Positions 11,776 through 25,714 of a DNA stretch of 64,000 nt are shown here, piece after piece. Position 1 is the first letter of the stretch. The number at the start of each line of letters is the position of its first letter. The position numbers and the translations under genes were made by a program. The DNA comes from Hemiscyllium ocellatum. Taxonomy: Eukaryota. The stretch covers positions 37,535,131 to 37,599,130 of the forward strand of contig NC_083416.1 in the NCBI RefSeq assembly GCF_020745735.1, written 5' to 3'. A model generated the notes under the pieces. It had not been told where the DNA came from. It did no database searches and was given only the letters and a program-made list of their open reading frames with translations.

Positions 11776-13859
11776 CCCTAAAGTCTTGCTACCCTTTTCA
11801 GCTGAGCGAAGAGCTAAGCTTATTCCCCAGTGAGCTGGATCTATGAGAACCTCTCCTGCTCCTTTTCTTTCTGTGATTTCCCATGTCAAGAACCCTTCAA
11901 CTTATAATCTATTTCATGTGGATTGCAGATAATTGTGCTGGTGTTTGTAAGGGGTCAAGCAAATCCTTATATCAGAAAATCAATCATAAATTTAATCTAA
12001 TTATGTTATTGATAAGACTATACTTTTGGCATTGACATTCACATTTGAACAAGTCAAACAAGAGAAAAGGGATCTCGCCATCTCTAATTTGCTTTGAAAT
12101 AGTTTCAGGGGTTATTTTAGGTCTACATCTAATCTGAGATACTCATCTTTGACTGTGCATTATTCCTTTAGCACTGTACTGAAGTGACAACCTTAGTACC
12201 TTCTCAAGTCTCAGAAGTAAGGATTGACCTTCTGATAAAGGTCAACCTGATCCATGGCTGACAGTTTGTCTCATCTTAAACTGCCAAATAGCTTGTGTGA
12301 CAAGCTAAGGAAGATGTTTCAATGTCAATATGTGTGAAGTGAGTATAGATAACCAATCAGAAAAAATTGGCTGAGATCTGTTACATTTCAACCAATTTTC
12401 ATCAGCGTTTGTATGGGAATAGCACTTAGCAGTTATGGTACTCGACTAGACAAGCTAAAGAATTCATAGTTCATATTCCTCCCAGGCTGGAATCAGAAAA
12501 TCACTGTAAGTACTACTGTCATAAATATTGAATGCAGTTCATTAATATCCTTAAGAAAAGAAACTTAACTCACCTGGCATGATCTACATGTGACCAGTCC
12601 CGCACTTTATGGTTGATTCTTAACATCCTCTGAGGATCTAGAATTGGGTAACAAGTGTCTGAAGAAAAGAACTATTTTGGTCCTAAATGAATTTGCCAAT
12701 AGAATTAATCTCCAGTGATTGATACAACTCTGGGGTTAATGCTAATAGAATAGTTATAATACCTGCCCACATAATGTAACCATTTGTGTCTGTGCATATA
12801 TAGTGCTTATGCAAAAGCCTTTATAGAATCAAGAGTAAAAAATGTTAAAAGAATTTAAAGGATATTTTAGTGTTTTCTTTCGTTACTTAGTGAAGAAGTC
12901 GAGTACCATAATTGGGTGAGGAAATTCAATATATATGTGACCAAGTTTCAAAAGGTACCACATCAACATTCATCCATGCCTTTTGGAGGAAGAAGTGGAG
13001 GGGCCACAGAGGAATGCAAAGCAATTCTAGCTTCACCAGAAATAGATTGCTACCAAGCTGTTAATTTCCTCCTAATGATACAGAAATATCAACACGAACT
13101 CTACATCAGTAGAAGGAAAGATGCAAAGCATGTGCAACCCGCCTCAAGAATACCTGCTTGTATTAAGTGCAACAGTGCCAATGGCAATAATCTGCAGAGC
13201 CAAATTTTATTAAACAAATTGGCGAAGTGTCAAATTCAGGAGTTTCGCAGATAGTTTCTCCCAGTAAATTATCTCATGCACTTCTCCACAGCTAACAACA
13301 TTACATATGTAACACTTCTCTACAGCATCACTTTTGGCTTGTCTTGCACTCACCGGTGATTGAAGTACTTGACACTGCTAGGACCCTCCTGGCTGTCCAC
13401 TGATAGTACCATATTTGAAGCCTAGCTGTGTGCTAGGTCAATTGCTGCCAGCCATGAATAGCCAATCTCTGTACATGTAGTGGGAGGAAAACAAAAGAGG
13501 AAAGCTTCTGATGGCACACAGGTGACATGAATAACACTTTCATGGAAAGAGAATCTCATATTTGTATATTTTACCATTTTAGTATCCCACCTGTCTGATC
13601 AATTGATATTGTAACTACAGCTAGAAGAATGGAGCTACACAGACTACCCATCTTGGCATCATATCATAATAGATCTGTGCCTAAAGCAGTGCTACTCTTT
13701 TCCTAATGCTCAGTCTAACCTAACACCACATTGTTGCTCAGTGTTGCAAGTGGCTTACACCACTTGAAAGGAAAGGACAGTCCTGACTAATAAGTATCAC
13801 ACCTCTGACTGATCTCTGTGAAGTGCCCTGATTGACTCATCATTAATCTGACGTTATTG

Positions 13860-14720
13860 ACTTGCTTGCTGAGCTGGTAACCTTGTTCACAGATGTTTCA
13901 TTGCCATTCTAGTTAACATCATCAGTGCGCCTCCGGTGAAGTGTTGGTGTTCTGCCCTGCTTGCTATTTATGTGTCTAGATCCTCTGGGTTGGTGGTGTC
14001 ATTTCCGGTTTTGTTGCTGATTCTTTTTCTTAATGGTTGGTATCTTGGGTCCAACTCTACATGTTTGTTAATGGAGTTCTGGGTTGAGCACCAGCCTTCT
14101 AGGAATTCCGGTGCATGTTTCTGTTTGGCTTGTCCTAGGATGGATGCGTTGTCCCAGTTGAATTGGTGTCTTTCATTGTCTACGTGTATGGATACAAGTG
14201 ATAGCTGATCATGTCTCTTGGTGGCTAGTTGATGTTTGTGTCCATTGGTGACTAATTTCCTTCCTGTAGTGCTTTTGGTAATCTTTACACCATATTTCGT
14301 ATATGACGTGATCCTGTTGGTTGTGGGTATGGGATCTTTATATTTGTTAGTAGCTGTCATAGTTGGTTTATGGACTATCATCGTACGCACAAGTAGTCTG
14401 GTGGTCATTTCTGGTATGTCCTTAATGTATGGCAGTGTGGCCAGTGTGTCAGGACGTGCTGTGTCTTTCTGTTGTGGTCTGCTGTATCAGTATCGGTGGA
14501 CTACGATTTTTGGGAACCCATTGTTTCTGAAGACATTGTGTAGGTGTTCTTTTTCAGCTCTGTGCTCCGGGGTGCTGCAGTGAGGTGTGGCTGGCTTGAA
14601 CAATATTCTGCTGCAGCTCCACTTGTGGGTGTTGGGATAGTTGGGTTGTGGTTGGGTACTTGTTTTGTGTGGGTGGCCTTCCTGTATATGCTGGTCTGGA
14701 GCTCCCCACTGGCTCATGCA
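13860..14720 (-). mobile_element. Penelope-like element of a second (Poseidon-like) family, 3' part
   Basis: ORFs 14487-14801 (PNTHKWSC...NNGFP) and 13968-14408 (HQLATKRHD...HQFNWDN...EFLEGW); terminal CA-CTGATGA...GAAACATC-TG core at about 13890-13927. Confidence 0.8.
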
Positions 14721-15560
14721 TTTGACTATTTCTTTCAGGAGCTTCATCAGAACATTGTTCAAGTGAGCCATAACACTCTGCAGCACCCAGCAGATGCTCA
14801 AAGCAGAAGACCACCCAGGGGCTGGAAATATTCAGCCTGCACATTCACTTTGAAACCCTCATTTTATAACTCCTTCAAATACGTGTCTCTATTTCAATAC
14901 AACATCGTGGGCCAAAGAGCCTGTTCCTATGCTGTACCATTCTATGTTTATTGACTGTATGCTTGTGACAGGTAATAGCTTTTCTTGTCATAACTTCTAA
15001 TTTCAGTAATCTCTTCTTTTCCAGCTATTAAATAGTATATAAAATAACTGGTGTGTTCCAATAATTCGCATAAGACTTTGTTTCATGACTACACATAACT
15101 ATGCCATTCATTATGCTTTGCTTGGATTATTACCTCAAAACAGCTGAAAATATTAAGATATACATTTAAATATGAGCAACCAACGTGAAGGTATTACTGT
15201 TTAGACCTTTAAGTGCTATTTATGTGTTTAATTTTCCCATCGTCCTTTTTTAGCAGCTTTTTGCCAGCAACTTTTTTGCCCCATTGGAAAACCTTTTCAA
15301 ATAAGGTAGAAGTTTTGCCACACGATTGGGCCAGGTTAATTGTGCTAAAATCAGGTGAATCCCGATCCAACCTCGGAATCATCAGACGATTTGTTATAAT
15401 TTTAGGGTTGATTTTTGGGGACCCCATTTGCTTTCATTGTGACACATTTTACCATTCCTAAATCAGACAGCACAGTTGGAATCCGGTCTCTTTAACAAGT
15501 AATCAATTTACCCCATAAATTGGGGATTGATCAAGCAGTTTGGAGGTTTCTCGTTTCAAT

Positions 15561-15578
15561 ATGGCGAAAGCAAAATCG
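15561..15578 (+). CDS. eif4e1b: eIF4E-1B exon 1 (MAKAKS)
   Basis: aatATGG context, 18 coding nt then GTGAGG. Same size and phase as vertebrate EIF4E exon 1, and it sits in a CpG-retaining stretch. Confidence 0.78.
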
Positions 15579-16084
15579 GTGAGGGAGTTTGCTATCGTTT
15601 GGGGAGGGACGTCGGGGTCCGATGGAATTTGGTTAGTGAGAGGCTGTTAAATTGGGAAATAGGTTTAACTAGCATTTTGAATTATCTCGCGTTGCTATTT
15701 CTTTTTAATTTGTGAGCAGATTTGTTTCTCGATGCTACGTTTTAATTACATTGAACTTTAGCCACACGAGGAGCAAACGCGTTTGTATCATGACTATGTA
15801 ATTTTGATTTTTTTTTGCTGACCTGCACATTTTTCCTTTTACATTTGATAAGTCTTGGATGGAGTCGAGTAGGAAAGAGTAGAAACTAAATTAATAGTAG
15901 CCTAATTTTTTCAATGGAACTCGTTAAAATAAATCCCTCCTTTCTCTTCTCTTTTAGGTTTTAACAAACAAACATACATTTCTCTGTGGTTAGAGCAAGA
16001 CTGGGATCCACATATTCAGTATATTTAATGTGGCAAACTGGAGCTAGCATATTGGTACCACAACTCCCCTAACTTATTGGGTGC

Positions 16085-16610
16085 AGACAGCTGGAGTACT
16101 GTGTGCAGTTCTGGCCGCCCTCTTACAAAGAAGGATACTATTAAATTAGAGAGGGTTCAGAGCAGATTTGAGAATTGGGAATGAATGGTTTGAGCTATAT
16201 TTAAAAAAAACACAGGCTGGGACTCTTTTTCACTGGAGCACAGGAAGTTGAGGGGTGACCTTCCAGAGGTTTATAAGATCATGAAGGCCATAGAAATGGT
16301 GAAAAGCAAGGGTCTTTCCCTAGGGTGGGGGCTTTTTTTTTAAATGTGGGAAGAGAGATTTTTAAAAAAAGACATGGGGGCAATTTTTTTTTACATGAAA
16401 TGGTTCATGTGTGGAATGAACTGCCAGAGGAAGTGGCAGATGCAGGTAGAATTATAACACTTGAAAACCCTTCTGGATAAGTTGCTGAATAGGAAAGGTT
16501 TGCAGGGATATAGGCCAAATGCAGGCAAGTGGGGCTATTTTATTTTGGGAATGTGATTGGTGTGGATTAGTTGACTGAGGGATCTGTTTCCATTTGTATG
16601 ACTCCATCTG
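16085..16610 (+). mobile_element. CR1 LINE 3' fragment (eif4e1b intron 1)
   Basis: ctggagtactgtgtgcagttctgg...tggaatgaactgccagaggaagtgg...tatgactc. Confidence 0.8.
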
Positions 16611-17384
16611 ATTTGGTTTGATCTTTTATGGTGAAATAAAGTTAACTTTAAATATTGAGATTAAAACTGAGAAGTAGATTTGTTTGTTCTATCTTCCATT
16701 AGAGAGTAATGATAACACTAGAAATGCTCCTGCTAAAGTTGTGGAGTGCCTCATCATCTGATTTACATCAATGTATAATTCACAGCATGTTAATCTTCCA
16801 CCTTCCAGTTTTTTTTCTTTTCCTCAGCCATCCTGGTGGTATATGTTAAACTTGGCATATAAAAAAAATTGACATGGCCCACATTTGTAGTTGGTACTTG
16901 TTCCTGTACCTTTGCTACATCCACAAAATGGAGACTTCTACTAATGCAATTTCAGTGTTGTTTGCTTTTGAAGCCAAATTAAAAGCAATCTTACAGCAAA
17001 AATGACTTGTACAATTACAGACCAATGGGTATAATGCGCAATAAAGATGTGAGCCCTCTGGATGGCATGTCTTCATTGTCTGCCTTTCCTTTTTTAATAT
17101 GAGCAGCACTTGATTTTCTTTTGTCCGTGATATTGCTGTTTATTCCATGTTGTGTTGAGAACATGATTATGGTTCTTCTCTTTGAGAAGAACTGCTGCAT
17201 TTCCTAAAGCATTCTCCCAATTGTGATTTTAGTAAGCCATTCCATGATTTTTGACTTTGATGTATAAAATCTTGTTTGAGTCCATCTTCATAATTGCAGT
17301 ACAACGTGGATTGTGGTATAACTAGAATTTTTTATACAAGCAGTATTAGTTTATACATTTTTAAACATTTGGTTTCTTTTGAAG

Positions 17385-17485
17385 GCTGATCTGGCAGCTC
17401 TTCAAGAGTCTGAAGAGACCAGGAAGTCCTCTAGGAAGGAGATTCTGATTGTTCAACCATATATGAAGCATCCTTTGCAAAACAG
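17385..17485 (+). CDS. eif4e1b: eIF4E-1B exon 2 (ADLAALQESEETRKSSRKEILIVQPYMKHPLQN-R)
   Basis: KHPLQNR motif; AG acceptor at 17383-84, GTATAA donor; phase 0-2. Confidence 0.92.
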
Positions 17486-19500
17486 GTATAATATAACTTT
17501 ATGCTTCGTAAAAGATTTATTAAGAAAACTAGTGTTTGACACTTGCCATTTAAAACACTTTCTTTTAGAAAAGAAATACTTTTTAATGCCTGTTTTTATG
17601 TGTAAGCCAAACAGCATTTTCAAAACGCTAACCCAGTTACTATGGATTAAGATGCTGTTCATTTTGTGAGCAATCTCAATGCTGGCCTTGCTTGATGTTT
17701 GCATGGCTCATTTGAATTGTGATCAAGAGTGCTTAGCATTTCTATTCCCTCTTTTTTTGCACCGCTATCAACTGATACTTCAGTGCAATTGGAGTCAACA
17801 TGGGTCTGTTCTGTAATACTACTTGTAGTACACGATATAAATGAGCTCCTCTAGCAAGGTTGAACTTAATCTGACTAGATTTACTGTCATTTTAAATAGT
17901 GCTATTTTAGATCACCAGTTAGCTACCATATGTAAATACACCTTGCTAGATGTAAATGACACCATTTTTCTTAAGGTAAAATGCTAGTGCTTAACTGGAG
18001 TGTTACCAAATACTGTTGTTTGTTGTGAACCATTTGGACATGTTAAACTGACAGTTTGAGGGAGTTAAAATTTAATATCTCAATTGTCAAATAAGGTTAC
18101 CATTTGTCATATGAAGATTAATGAATGTGTTAGAAAACAGAATGGAGGAATACAGAGATCTCAAAGGGATATGATTTTGTTTGATTTGATAAATCTGATT
18201 TGGATGTGTTAGTATCATGATATTTGGCTTTCAGTAGGCAAGTTGCCCCCTTTTTCTTTTTAATGGTTTGTTTTTAATCTGTGCTGATGGTGCCTTTGTC
18301 ATGAACAGTAGAAAGTTAGGTTGTGGCATAATGCAATTCAGTCTGGAACTTTTTATAGGTATATGGTAGGAAATATGAAAAGTATGTTATATACCATTTG
18401 AAGACACTAAAATACTAGTTTTCTGAAATTGGAAGTTACCTTTTTTACTCATTAGACGATAGCATCTATTATAGTACATAAAGGTCCAAGGCTATTTATG
18501 TACTAAGTTGAATAAAAGTAGGATCGTTTGGAACAATTTTTTTTTAAAAAAAGCATCTAAAATTTCCTGATATAACTTGCCTGGCACATCCCTGACCAAT
18601 AAAGTGCAATGACCATTAAGTATTTTCCACATTACTAATAGCCTTTTGGTAAATATAATCTTTATCCATGCAAAGGGAATCGAGTAAATCTGGCATACCA
18701 GTTTCAACTATTTTGCCAGTCTTTATTTTACGTGCAGGAATTTAGTTATTCATTCCCACCCTTTGTAACCTGCAGTAAATATGCATAGTTACTATCATAG
18801 CTTCTAGACTAAGATATTTAAAATGTATCTTTATTACTGGGATGTAAGCAAGCCTGTATTGTCTAGCCCAAGTCTGACTACCCTTGACCATTGCACTGAG
18901 TGAGCTTTTTGAACAGCTGCAGTCCATTTGTTATGCACAAACTGTTTTGGAAGATAATTAGTTGAATAGTCCAGCACTGAACCTTCTCCAGCACTACTAC
19001 CCTGCCATGTGAAGGCATTAGGCATGAACTACATCTAGATGTAGCAAATCGTGGATCTTGCTGAAAGCAAGAACTAGCTTATACTATTTAATCTGACTGC
19101 TCTGGAAATGTTCTATATAACTATGATCTAAGTGGTAAGTATTGAATCTCTTTATGAGCCTTTGGTAAGTTTTGGAAGAGTTCCTACAAATTAGTTCTTG
19201 TTGAGGTGCAATTGTTTATTACCTAGGATGCAGGATCTTCATTTTTCAATTTTCTTGTAACTATACTCATTTTATGGAGAAAGTGAGGGCTGCACTCTAT
19301 GAAAACTAAACTAATTGTTGTACCCGTTTCATATAAACTCTTTGATAGCATCTGAATTTTCTACCCCTCATGGAAATGAACAGTATCGTAAGTTTAAATG
19401 CAATTTGAAGCAAATAGTTCATTTGATTTAAAATGAAACAGTAAAATGGTTGTAAATTATCTAAAATATTTCAATTCATATGTTCTTGTTTCGAACACAG

Positions 19501-19596
19501 GTGGACTCTCTGGTTTTACAAAAATGATAAAAGTAAGCCCTGGCAGGCAAATCTTCGTCTTGTTACTAAATTTGACACCGTGGAGGATTTTTGGGC
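19501..19596 (+). CDS. eif4e1b: eIF4E-1B exon 3 (WTLWFYKNDKSKPWQANLRLVTKFDTVEDFWA)
   Basis: 96 nt as in EIF4E; W43/W46/W56/W73 equivalents and VEDFW motif; AG/GTAAGT. Confidence 0.97.
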
Positions 19597-19914
19597 GTAA
19601 GTATTGATAAATTTTAAATAGAACAGAAGTGGTTTCCAGAAAATGGAAGTGGAAAATATTGAGATTTCTTGCTGCAGTCTTTGAATGAAATAATACTGTT
19701 AGTAGTGAACTGAAGAATTTTTTTTTCTCAGCGACAGCACTGATCTTGTTTGCTAGTGCTAAGCATGGACTGCTACTGATCTAAGACATATTAGACAAAA
19801 CTTTGTGCTACATCTAAACATTTAAAATTCTCAAAGCTATATGCTTAAGCAAATCGCTTGTAGATTTTTTGCCTTGAAGTTAAGCACTTCCCACATCCCT
19901 GCATGCTCTGTGAT

Positions 19915-20062
19915 TTAAAGTTTGTGCGAAGATTTGTAGCTCGGGTGCTCGTTGTTGCGGTTCTGTTCGCTGAGCTGGGAATTTGTGTTGCAGATGCTTC
20001 GTCCTCTGTCTAGGTGACCTCCTCAGTGCTTGGGAGCCTCCTGTGAAGTGCTTCTGTGATCA
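19915..20062 (-). mobile_element. pLTR fragment of the second Penelope family with decayed hammerhead
   Basis: Reverse complement CA-CTGAGGA-GGTCACCTAGACAGAGGAC-GAAGCATC-TG; similar to 13860-13940. Confidence 0.55.
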
Positions 20063-21199
20063 AGTTCTACTGTATAGCTATTTTTTTATATATATTGCTT
20101 TTGTGCTCTATTATTAGTGATGTACTAGATTTGAGTAGGCTTGGAGCATAATTTTAGTTGGGTTTAAAACTTGTGATCCCTTGTGGATGATTGACTAATA
20201 AAGAAATGTAGCAGGAAGAGATTCTCTACATAAACTCAAACTCAAATTATCAAAAATGCTTCTCGAATGTCACGTGGTAACAAGACAACTGATAGGAACA
20301 AGACTGCCTTGAGACAGGAGTATGGTATGCCAGAAAGGCAATGGGTTTGTTTTTAACTGTGCTTGCTTTTGGAAGTGGACTGAATTAATGCTCTAAGGAA
20401 CAGTTTGAGAACTTATTGACTTGTGGGAACAATTTAATAGGGGGAAAAAAATGTAGTAAATTCTCATCTCTTCCTTTTGCCTTTTTCTTTGTATATGTGT
20501 GTGTATATATGACTTGGTTGCAGATTTTTATTTTCAAAATTCAGTTCTTTGTGCTGTTACATATGTCTGTTGTGGGGTAAGAAAGCTCATCTTTCAATTG
20601 ACCTATCTGTACCAAAAGCATTTTTAAAAAAAAAAATCATCGGCTATGGGTGTGTTGCCAGTTGCGCCAGCATTCATTGCCCATCTGTCATTGAGTAGGT
20701 GATGGTGAGCTGCCTTCTTGAACTGTTACTGTACATGTGCCATAGACCCATAATGCCATTAGGAAAAGATTTCCAGGATTGTTCACTCGGCAACAATGAA
20801 GGAATGGTGATATTTCCAAGTCAGGATGTTGTATGGCTTGAATAGGAATCTAAGTGTGTGTATGTACATACACATACCCACTACATCCTTTCCTGGGACA
20901 GGGGCGTCACTGACCAGGCCACCCGTGTTGTGGGTCTGGAATTGTATGTAATTGTGTGGTGCCTAAGCCTGAAACATCGATTCTCCTGCTTCTCGGATGC
21001 TGCCTGACCTGCTGTGCTTTTCCAGCACCACACTCTCTCTACTCTGATCGTCAGGATCTGTGGTCCTCCATTTTCTCATTGGAGTTGTATGCATACAGAT
21101 CAGGTAAAGATGGCACATTTTCATCCCTGAAGGACTTAGATGTGACATTTACATGTTTATCATTAGACCAGTTTTTTTTTGTTTTGGTGTTTTTTTGCC

Positions 21200-22000
21200 T
21201 ATTGATCTGTCTTGGTGATATTTGAACCCATGTCCCTAGTGACATCACCGGTGTACCAGACATGATGTCCTTGGTGAATTTTAACAGTGCATCTTTTCGA
21301 TGGGACACACTGCTTCTATACAGTGTTGTAGAAGTGTATGCTTGTGGATGTGATGCTAATCAAGCACAGTGATTTGCCTTTGTGTCAAGCTTCTTGACTT
21401 TTTTTTTGTTGTTCGCGTTGCAATCATCCAGGCAAGTGGCCAGTATTCTATCACTTGTGACTTGTGCCTGGTTGGTGGACAGGTTTAGACAGGAAATTGA
21501 AGAGAACTGCAAAATTCTAGCCTTTGACCTGCTGTTGTAGCCACTATATTGATATGGCTAGTCCACTTCAGTTTGCTGTTAATTGTGCCAGCACTGATGA
21601 CACTTTCTATCACTTTACTTCTGTGAAGCTCGCCTATATTGAGGTGATAATTGGCTGTTAGATTTATCCTGTTTTTTTGGATGTGGACAGTTTTCTGCCT
21701 TGGGTAGATGCCATTGGAAATGCACTGGAACAGCTTGGCTAAGTGTGTGATGAGTTCTGGAGCATGAGTCTTCGGTATTATTGCTGGAATGTTGTCAGGG
21801 CCCATAGCCTTTTCAGCATCTCCTTAAGCAGTTTCTTGATATCGTGAAGGGACTTGATTAGCTGAGGGCTGGCATCTGTGATACTGGGATTTCTGGATGG
21901 AGGTGGGATGAATTAGTCAGAAGTGCTAACTGGATTAAGATTGATTTGAATGCTTCAGTCCTATCCTTTGCATGGTGTGCTGGACCCTTCCCCCTCACTT
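21200..22000 (-). mobile_element. Decayed CR1-clade LINE (second family)
   Basis: ORF 21485-21805 MGPDNIP...APEL...LAKLFQ...ANYH; KLKWTSHIN shared with 41112-42360. Confidence 0.7.
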
Positions 22001-22561
22001 GAAGATGGAATTACTTAATTCACCGTCTCCAGCGATCTGTTGAATTCCCCATTACCATTCATGACTGGATACAGCAAGACCATTTGAGTGTAGATCATCT
22101 TTAAAACTTGATTTGAGGTTTTTTTTTGTTTTTTCTTGAGACAGTCGCCAAAAAGAATGCGAGCCAAACAGTAAATGTTGTTGGGGTTCTGTGGTCGTCT
22201 GATTAGCAAAATTAGATCAAGTGGGCTTTGGAGGTAGAGAGTTGATTTTTCAGACTGGTGGCTTGTGACCAGCAGTGTTCCACAGGGTCCACTTTTTGTC
22301 ACTTTTTTTTTATATAAAATGATTTAGATGAGTATATAGGAAGTATGGCCAGTAGTTTTGTGAATGAAGCCATTGTCACTAGTGGACAGTGAAGAAGGTT
22401 ATCTAAGACTACAAAGAGATGGTGATTGGCTTAATGGACTGAAGAATGGAATAGCAATTTATTGTAATGTGTATTTTTACCAAAAAAGTGGAAAGTTTTA
22501 AGTCTCAATGCCATGGTGCCTAAACCAATGACAGAAGTCATAATTAAGAAGGGGGAAAAAA

Positions 22562-23163
22562 TAATAGACAATAGGTGTAGGAGTAGGCCATTCAGCCCTT
22601 CGAGCCTGCACCGCCATTTAGGAATGATCATGGCTGATCATTCCTAATCAGTATGCGCTCCCTGCCTTATCTCCATAACCCTTGATTCCACTATCTTTGA
22701 GAGCTCTATCCAACTCTTTCTTAAATGAATCCAGAGATTGCCCTCTGGGGCAGAGCATTCCACACAGGCACCACTCTCTGGGTGAAGAAGTTTCTCCTCA
22801 CCTGTCCTAAATGGTCTACCAGGTATTTTTAAGCTGTGTCCTCTGGTTCGGCACTCACCCGTCAGCGGAAACACGTTTCCTGCTGCCAGAGTGTCCAATC
22901 CTTTCACAATTTTATACGTCTCAATCATATCCCCTCTCAGTCTTCTAAACTCAAGGTTATACAAGCCCAGTCGCTTCAGTCTTTCAGTGTAAGGTAATCC
23001 CTCCATTCCAGGAATTGATCTTGTGAACCTACGTTGCACTCCCTCAATAGCCAGAATGTCTTTCCTCAAATTTGGTGACCAGAACTGCACACAGTACTCC
23101 AGGTGTGGTCTCACCAGGGCCCTGTACAGCTGCAGAAGCACCTCTTTGCTTCTATACTCAATT
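22562..23163 (-). mobile_element. Relatively young 5'-truncated CR1 LINE
   Basis: ORF 22644-23141: LYRALVRPHLEYCVQFWSP...EGVQRRFTR. Confidence 0.9.
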
Positions 23164-23534
23164 CACTTTTGACTCCTGGGTTCAGGATACATGAGAAAAA
23201 CTGGGCCGGGATAAGACTTTCATATCAGGACCAGGCCCTCAGAGTTGCTGGATTACCTGGAAACTGCCAAGGGAGACTACTGCATTGCAAGACTGTCCCG
23301 GAAGGCACCAGGCCAATATCACCATTCTGGGTGTTGGAAGCTACCTCATCACTGGGCCTGGGCCAGGAGGATACTCCTCTTTCCACCAAAGTTGCTAAAA
23401 GAAGGTAAGGTACTATAACAAATGGAAACATTAAAGCACCAAAAGGAAAAGGAATCTACACTGTCTACCTTGTAAGTTCAGGGCTGAGGAGCCTGCATGT
23501 TGTGCTGCTTCTCCGTCACCATCTTAAGGGAGAA

Positions 23535-24270
23535 AAATGTGGCAGATGGAGTTTAATTTGGATAAATGTGAGCTATTGCATTTTAGTAAAACAAACAAGG
23601 GCAGGATTTGTACAACTAATGGTAGTGCCTTAGGTGGTTTGTTGAACAGAGGTCTAGGGGTTCAGGTACATAATTAAGATTTTGCAAAAGTATAGATGGC
23701 TTGGGTAAGTAAGCATTTAGCATGCTTGCCTCCATTGCTCAATTATGAGTATGGGAGTTGGGATGTGAAGTTGTACAGTGCATTGGTGAGGTGTCTTCTG
23801 GAGTACTGTGTATAGGTCTGGTTACTATATTACGGGAAGGATATTACTAAATTGGAGAGGGGTCTCAAAAGATTAACCAGGACGTTGCTGGAAATGGAAG
23901 GCTTGAGATATAAAAATAGGCTGGGACTCTTTTTTTTTTCCACTAGTGCACAGGAGGTTGAGAGGTGACTTTTTAGAAGTTTTATAAAATTGAGTGGCAT
24001 AGAAGAGGTGAATAGCAAGAGTCTTTTCTGTAGGGTGGGGGATTTCAAATGTAGAGGACATGTCTTTAAGGTGAGAAGAGAAGGATTTTACAGATGAGGG
24101 GCAATTAGGTATAGTTACAAACTTGAGACTTTTTTGCAGACCTGGATGAATCAAAATTTTGGAGGGATATGGACCTAGCACACAGGTGAATGGGACTAAT
24201 TTGGTTTGGGAACATTGTTGGCGCAGGCTGTTTCAATATGTTTCCATGCTGTTTGACTGAGTCTGACTCT
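23535..24270 (+). mobile_element. Decayed CR1 LINE 3' part
   Basis: tggcagatggagtttaat..aaatgtgag; ctggagtactgtgt; CR1 tail. Confidence 0.8.
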
Positions 24271-24976
24271 TAATTGCTCTCGCAAGCCATCCAGTCAATT
24301 GCATAATTGAGTTTAGAGTTCTATATAAGCCTGTAGGCAGTTTCAGGTAATAATCATTAGTGAATCAGATGGACTTCATAACAATGACTTCATGGTCAGC
24401 GTTCGATTTGTTTCCAGGCCACTTTTTTAAAAAAAAATCAATTCCACATTGGTGGAATGGTGGGATTTGAACCCACCTCCCCACAACATTACCAGGATCT
24501 CTTGGTTACTAGCCCAGTGACCAACAGCAGTAGTCCATCCCCGGTTGTTTGATTATGGTACATGAAATTATTATTTGTAGTTGTCAGATCAGTAAACTTT
24601 TGAGCTCCTGCTCTTTTTTTTATTACTGATGATCAAGATTTCTTTTGTCAATTGTATTCAACTGTTTGGTTCTCTGCTAAAGTACCAGAAAGCTAATCAA
24701 TTTGCTATTTTAAAAATGAGCTTTCATATTTAGCATTTCTGTGCACATCATTACTGTGCGCTGATTCTTGACGCTGTTCATGTGTGGTTTGTTAGTCAAT
24801 GATAGATACCTTTCTGTGGACCTTGACTGTTCTTTCAGTACTTTTTAAAAATATTTTGGAATTAATTTGTTCACTGATATCAACTTCCTATATAAAAGAT
24901 GAATTGTTGCAGTTTTAAACCCGTTGTATCAGTTTTTTTCCACTAACTAACTGGAAATGTTTTTTTCCTTCAATAG

Positions 24977-25040
24977 ACTGTACAATCACATTCAACTTGC
25001 CAGTAGGCTGATGTCAGGTTGTGATTATGCTGTCTTTAAG
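24977..25040 (+). CDS. eif4e1b: eIF4E-1B exon 4 (LYNHIQLASRLMSGCDYAVFK)
   Basis: 64 nt as in EIF4E; canonical AG/GT. Confidence 0.96.
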
Positions 25041-25714
25041 GTTTGTACACTTTGTGTAACATATATCTGTTATTCAGAAGAAACCGTTATCTGTGAATTT
25101 GACTCTGACCCATAGTCACAATCTTGGAAAGTCTCTTTGAAAGATGATGATTGGTTTTGACTATAGTGCCCCCGTGAGGAATTGAGGGAACAAATGGGAA
25201 TTACTAATGTAAGGAGGGATGATCAGTATAATAATGGATGACTTGTTCTCCAATGTTCAAGTCAAATCTGCCTATGCCTTTGGTTATTCAAGTGAGAGTT
25301 TCTCTCAATTGAATCAAAAATGTTAATATCTTGGAAGTTAGTTTCCCTATTCTAGTATAAAAACTTCTAGAATTAGCAGAAATTTTATAATTGAGAAGTT
25401 TTCAGCTTGACTGCCTGTCTTGTTCACTGACTTGGGTGAGTTGAAATTCCTTCAGTCCTCTCTCCTTCAAGTTATTTTGTCACTTTGGTACTTGCTGCAT
25501 GTTTAAATGATTTGAATTGTTGAAAATAGGTCACTTTGGGCAGCAGACTTCTTACGTAAGATTCAAAATCTATTTATCAACTTGCATTAAAGTATTTCAC
25601 TTAACAACAGTATTCTTTTTATTGCTGGTTTATTCTTAAGAATTGAAATTGATTTGAGAACTGCCATCTCGTTTAACATTTTAAACTAAACTACAAATTT
25701 CTATTGTTATATAG

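Noticed and set aside
11596-11776. Hairpin as a canonical pre-miRNA, or the recurring ~35-bp motifs as CRISPR repeats
   Set aside because: The perfect arms derive from a TSD-flanked pLTR. The motifs are dispersed, with no repeat-spacer array, and the DNA is eukaryotic.
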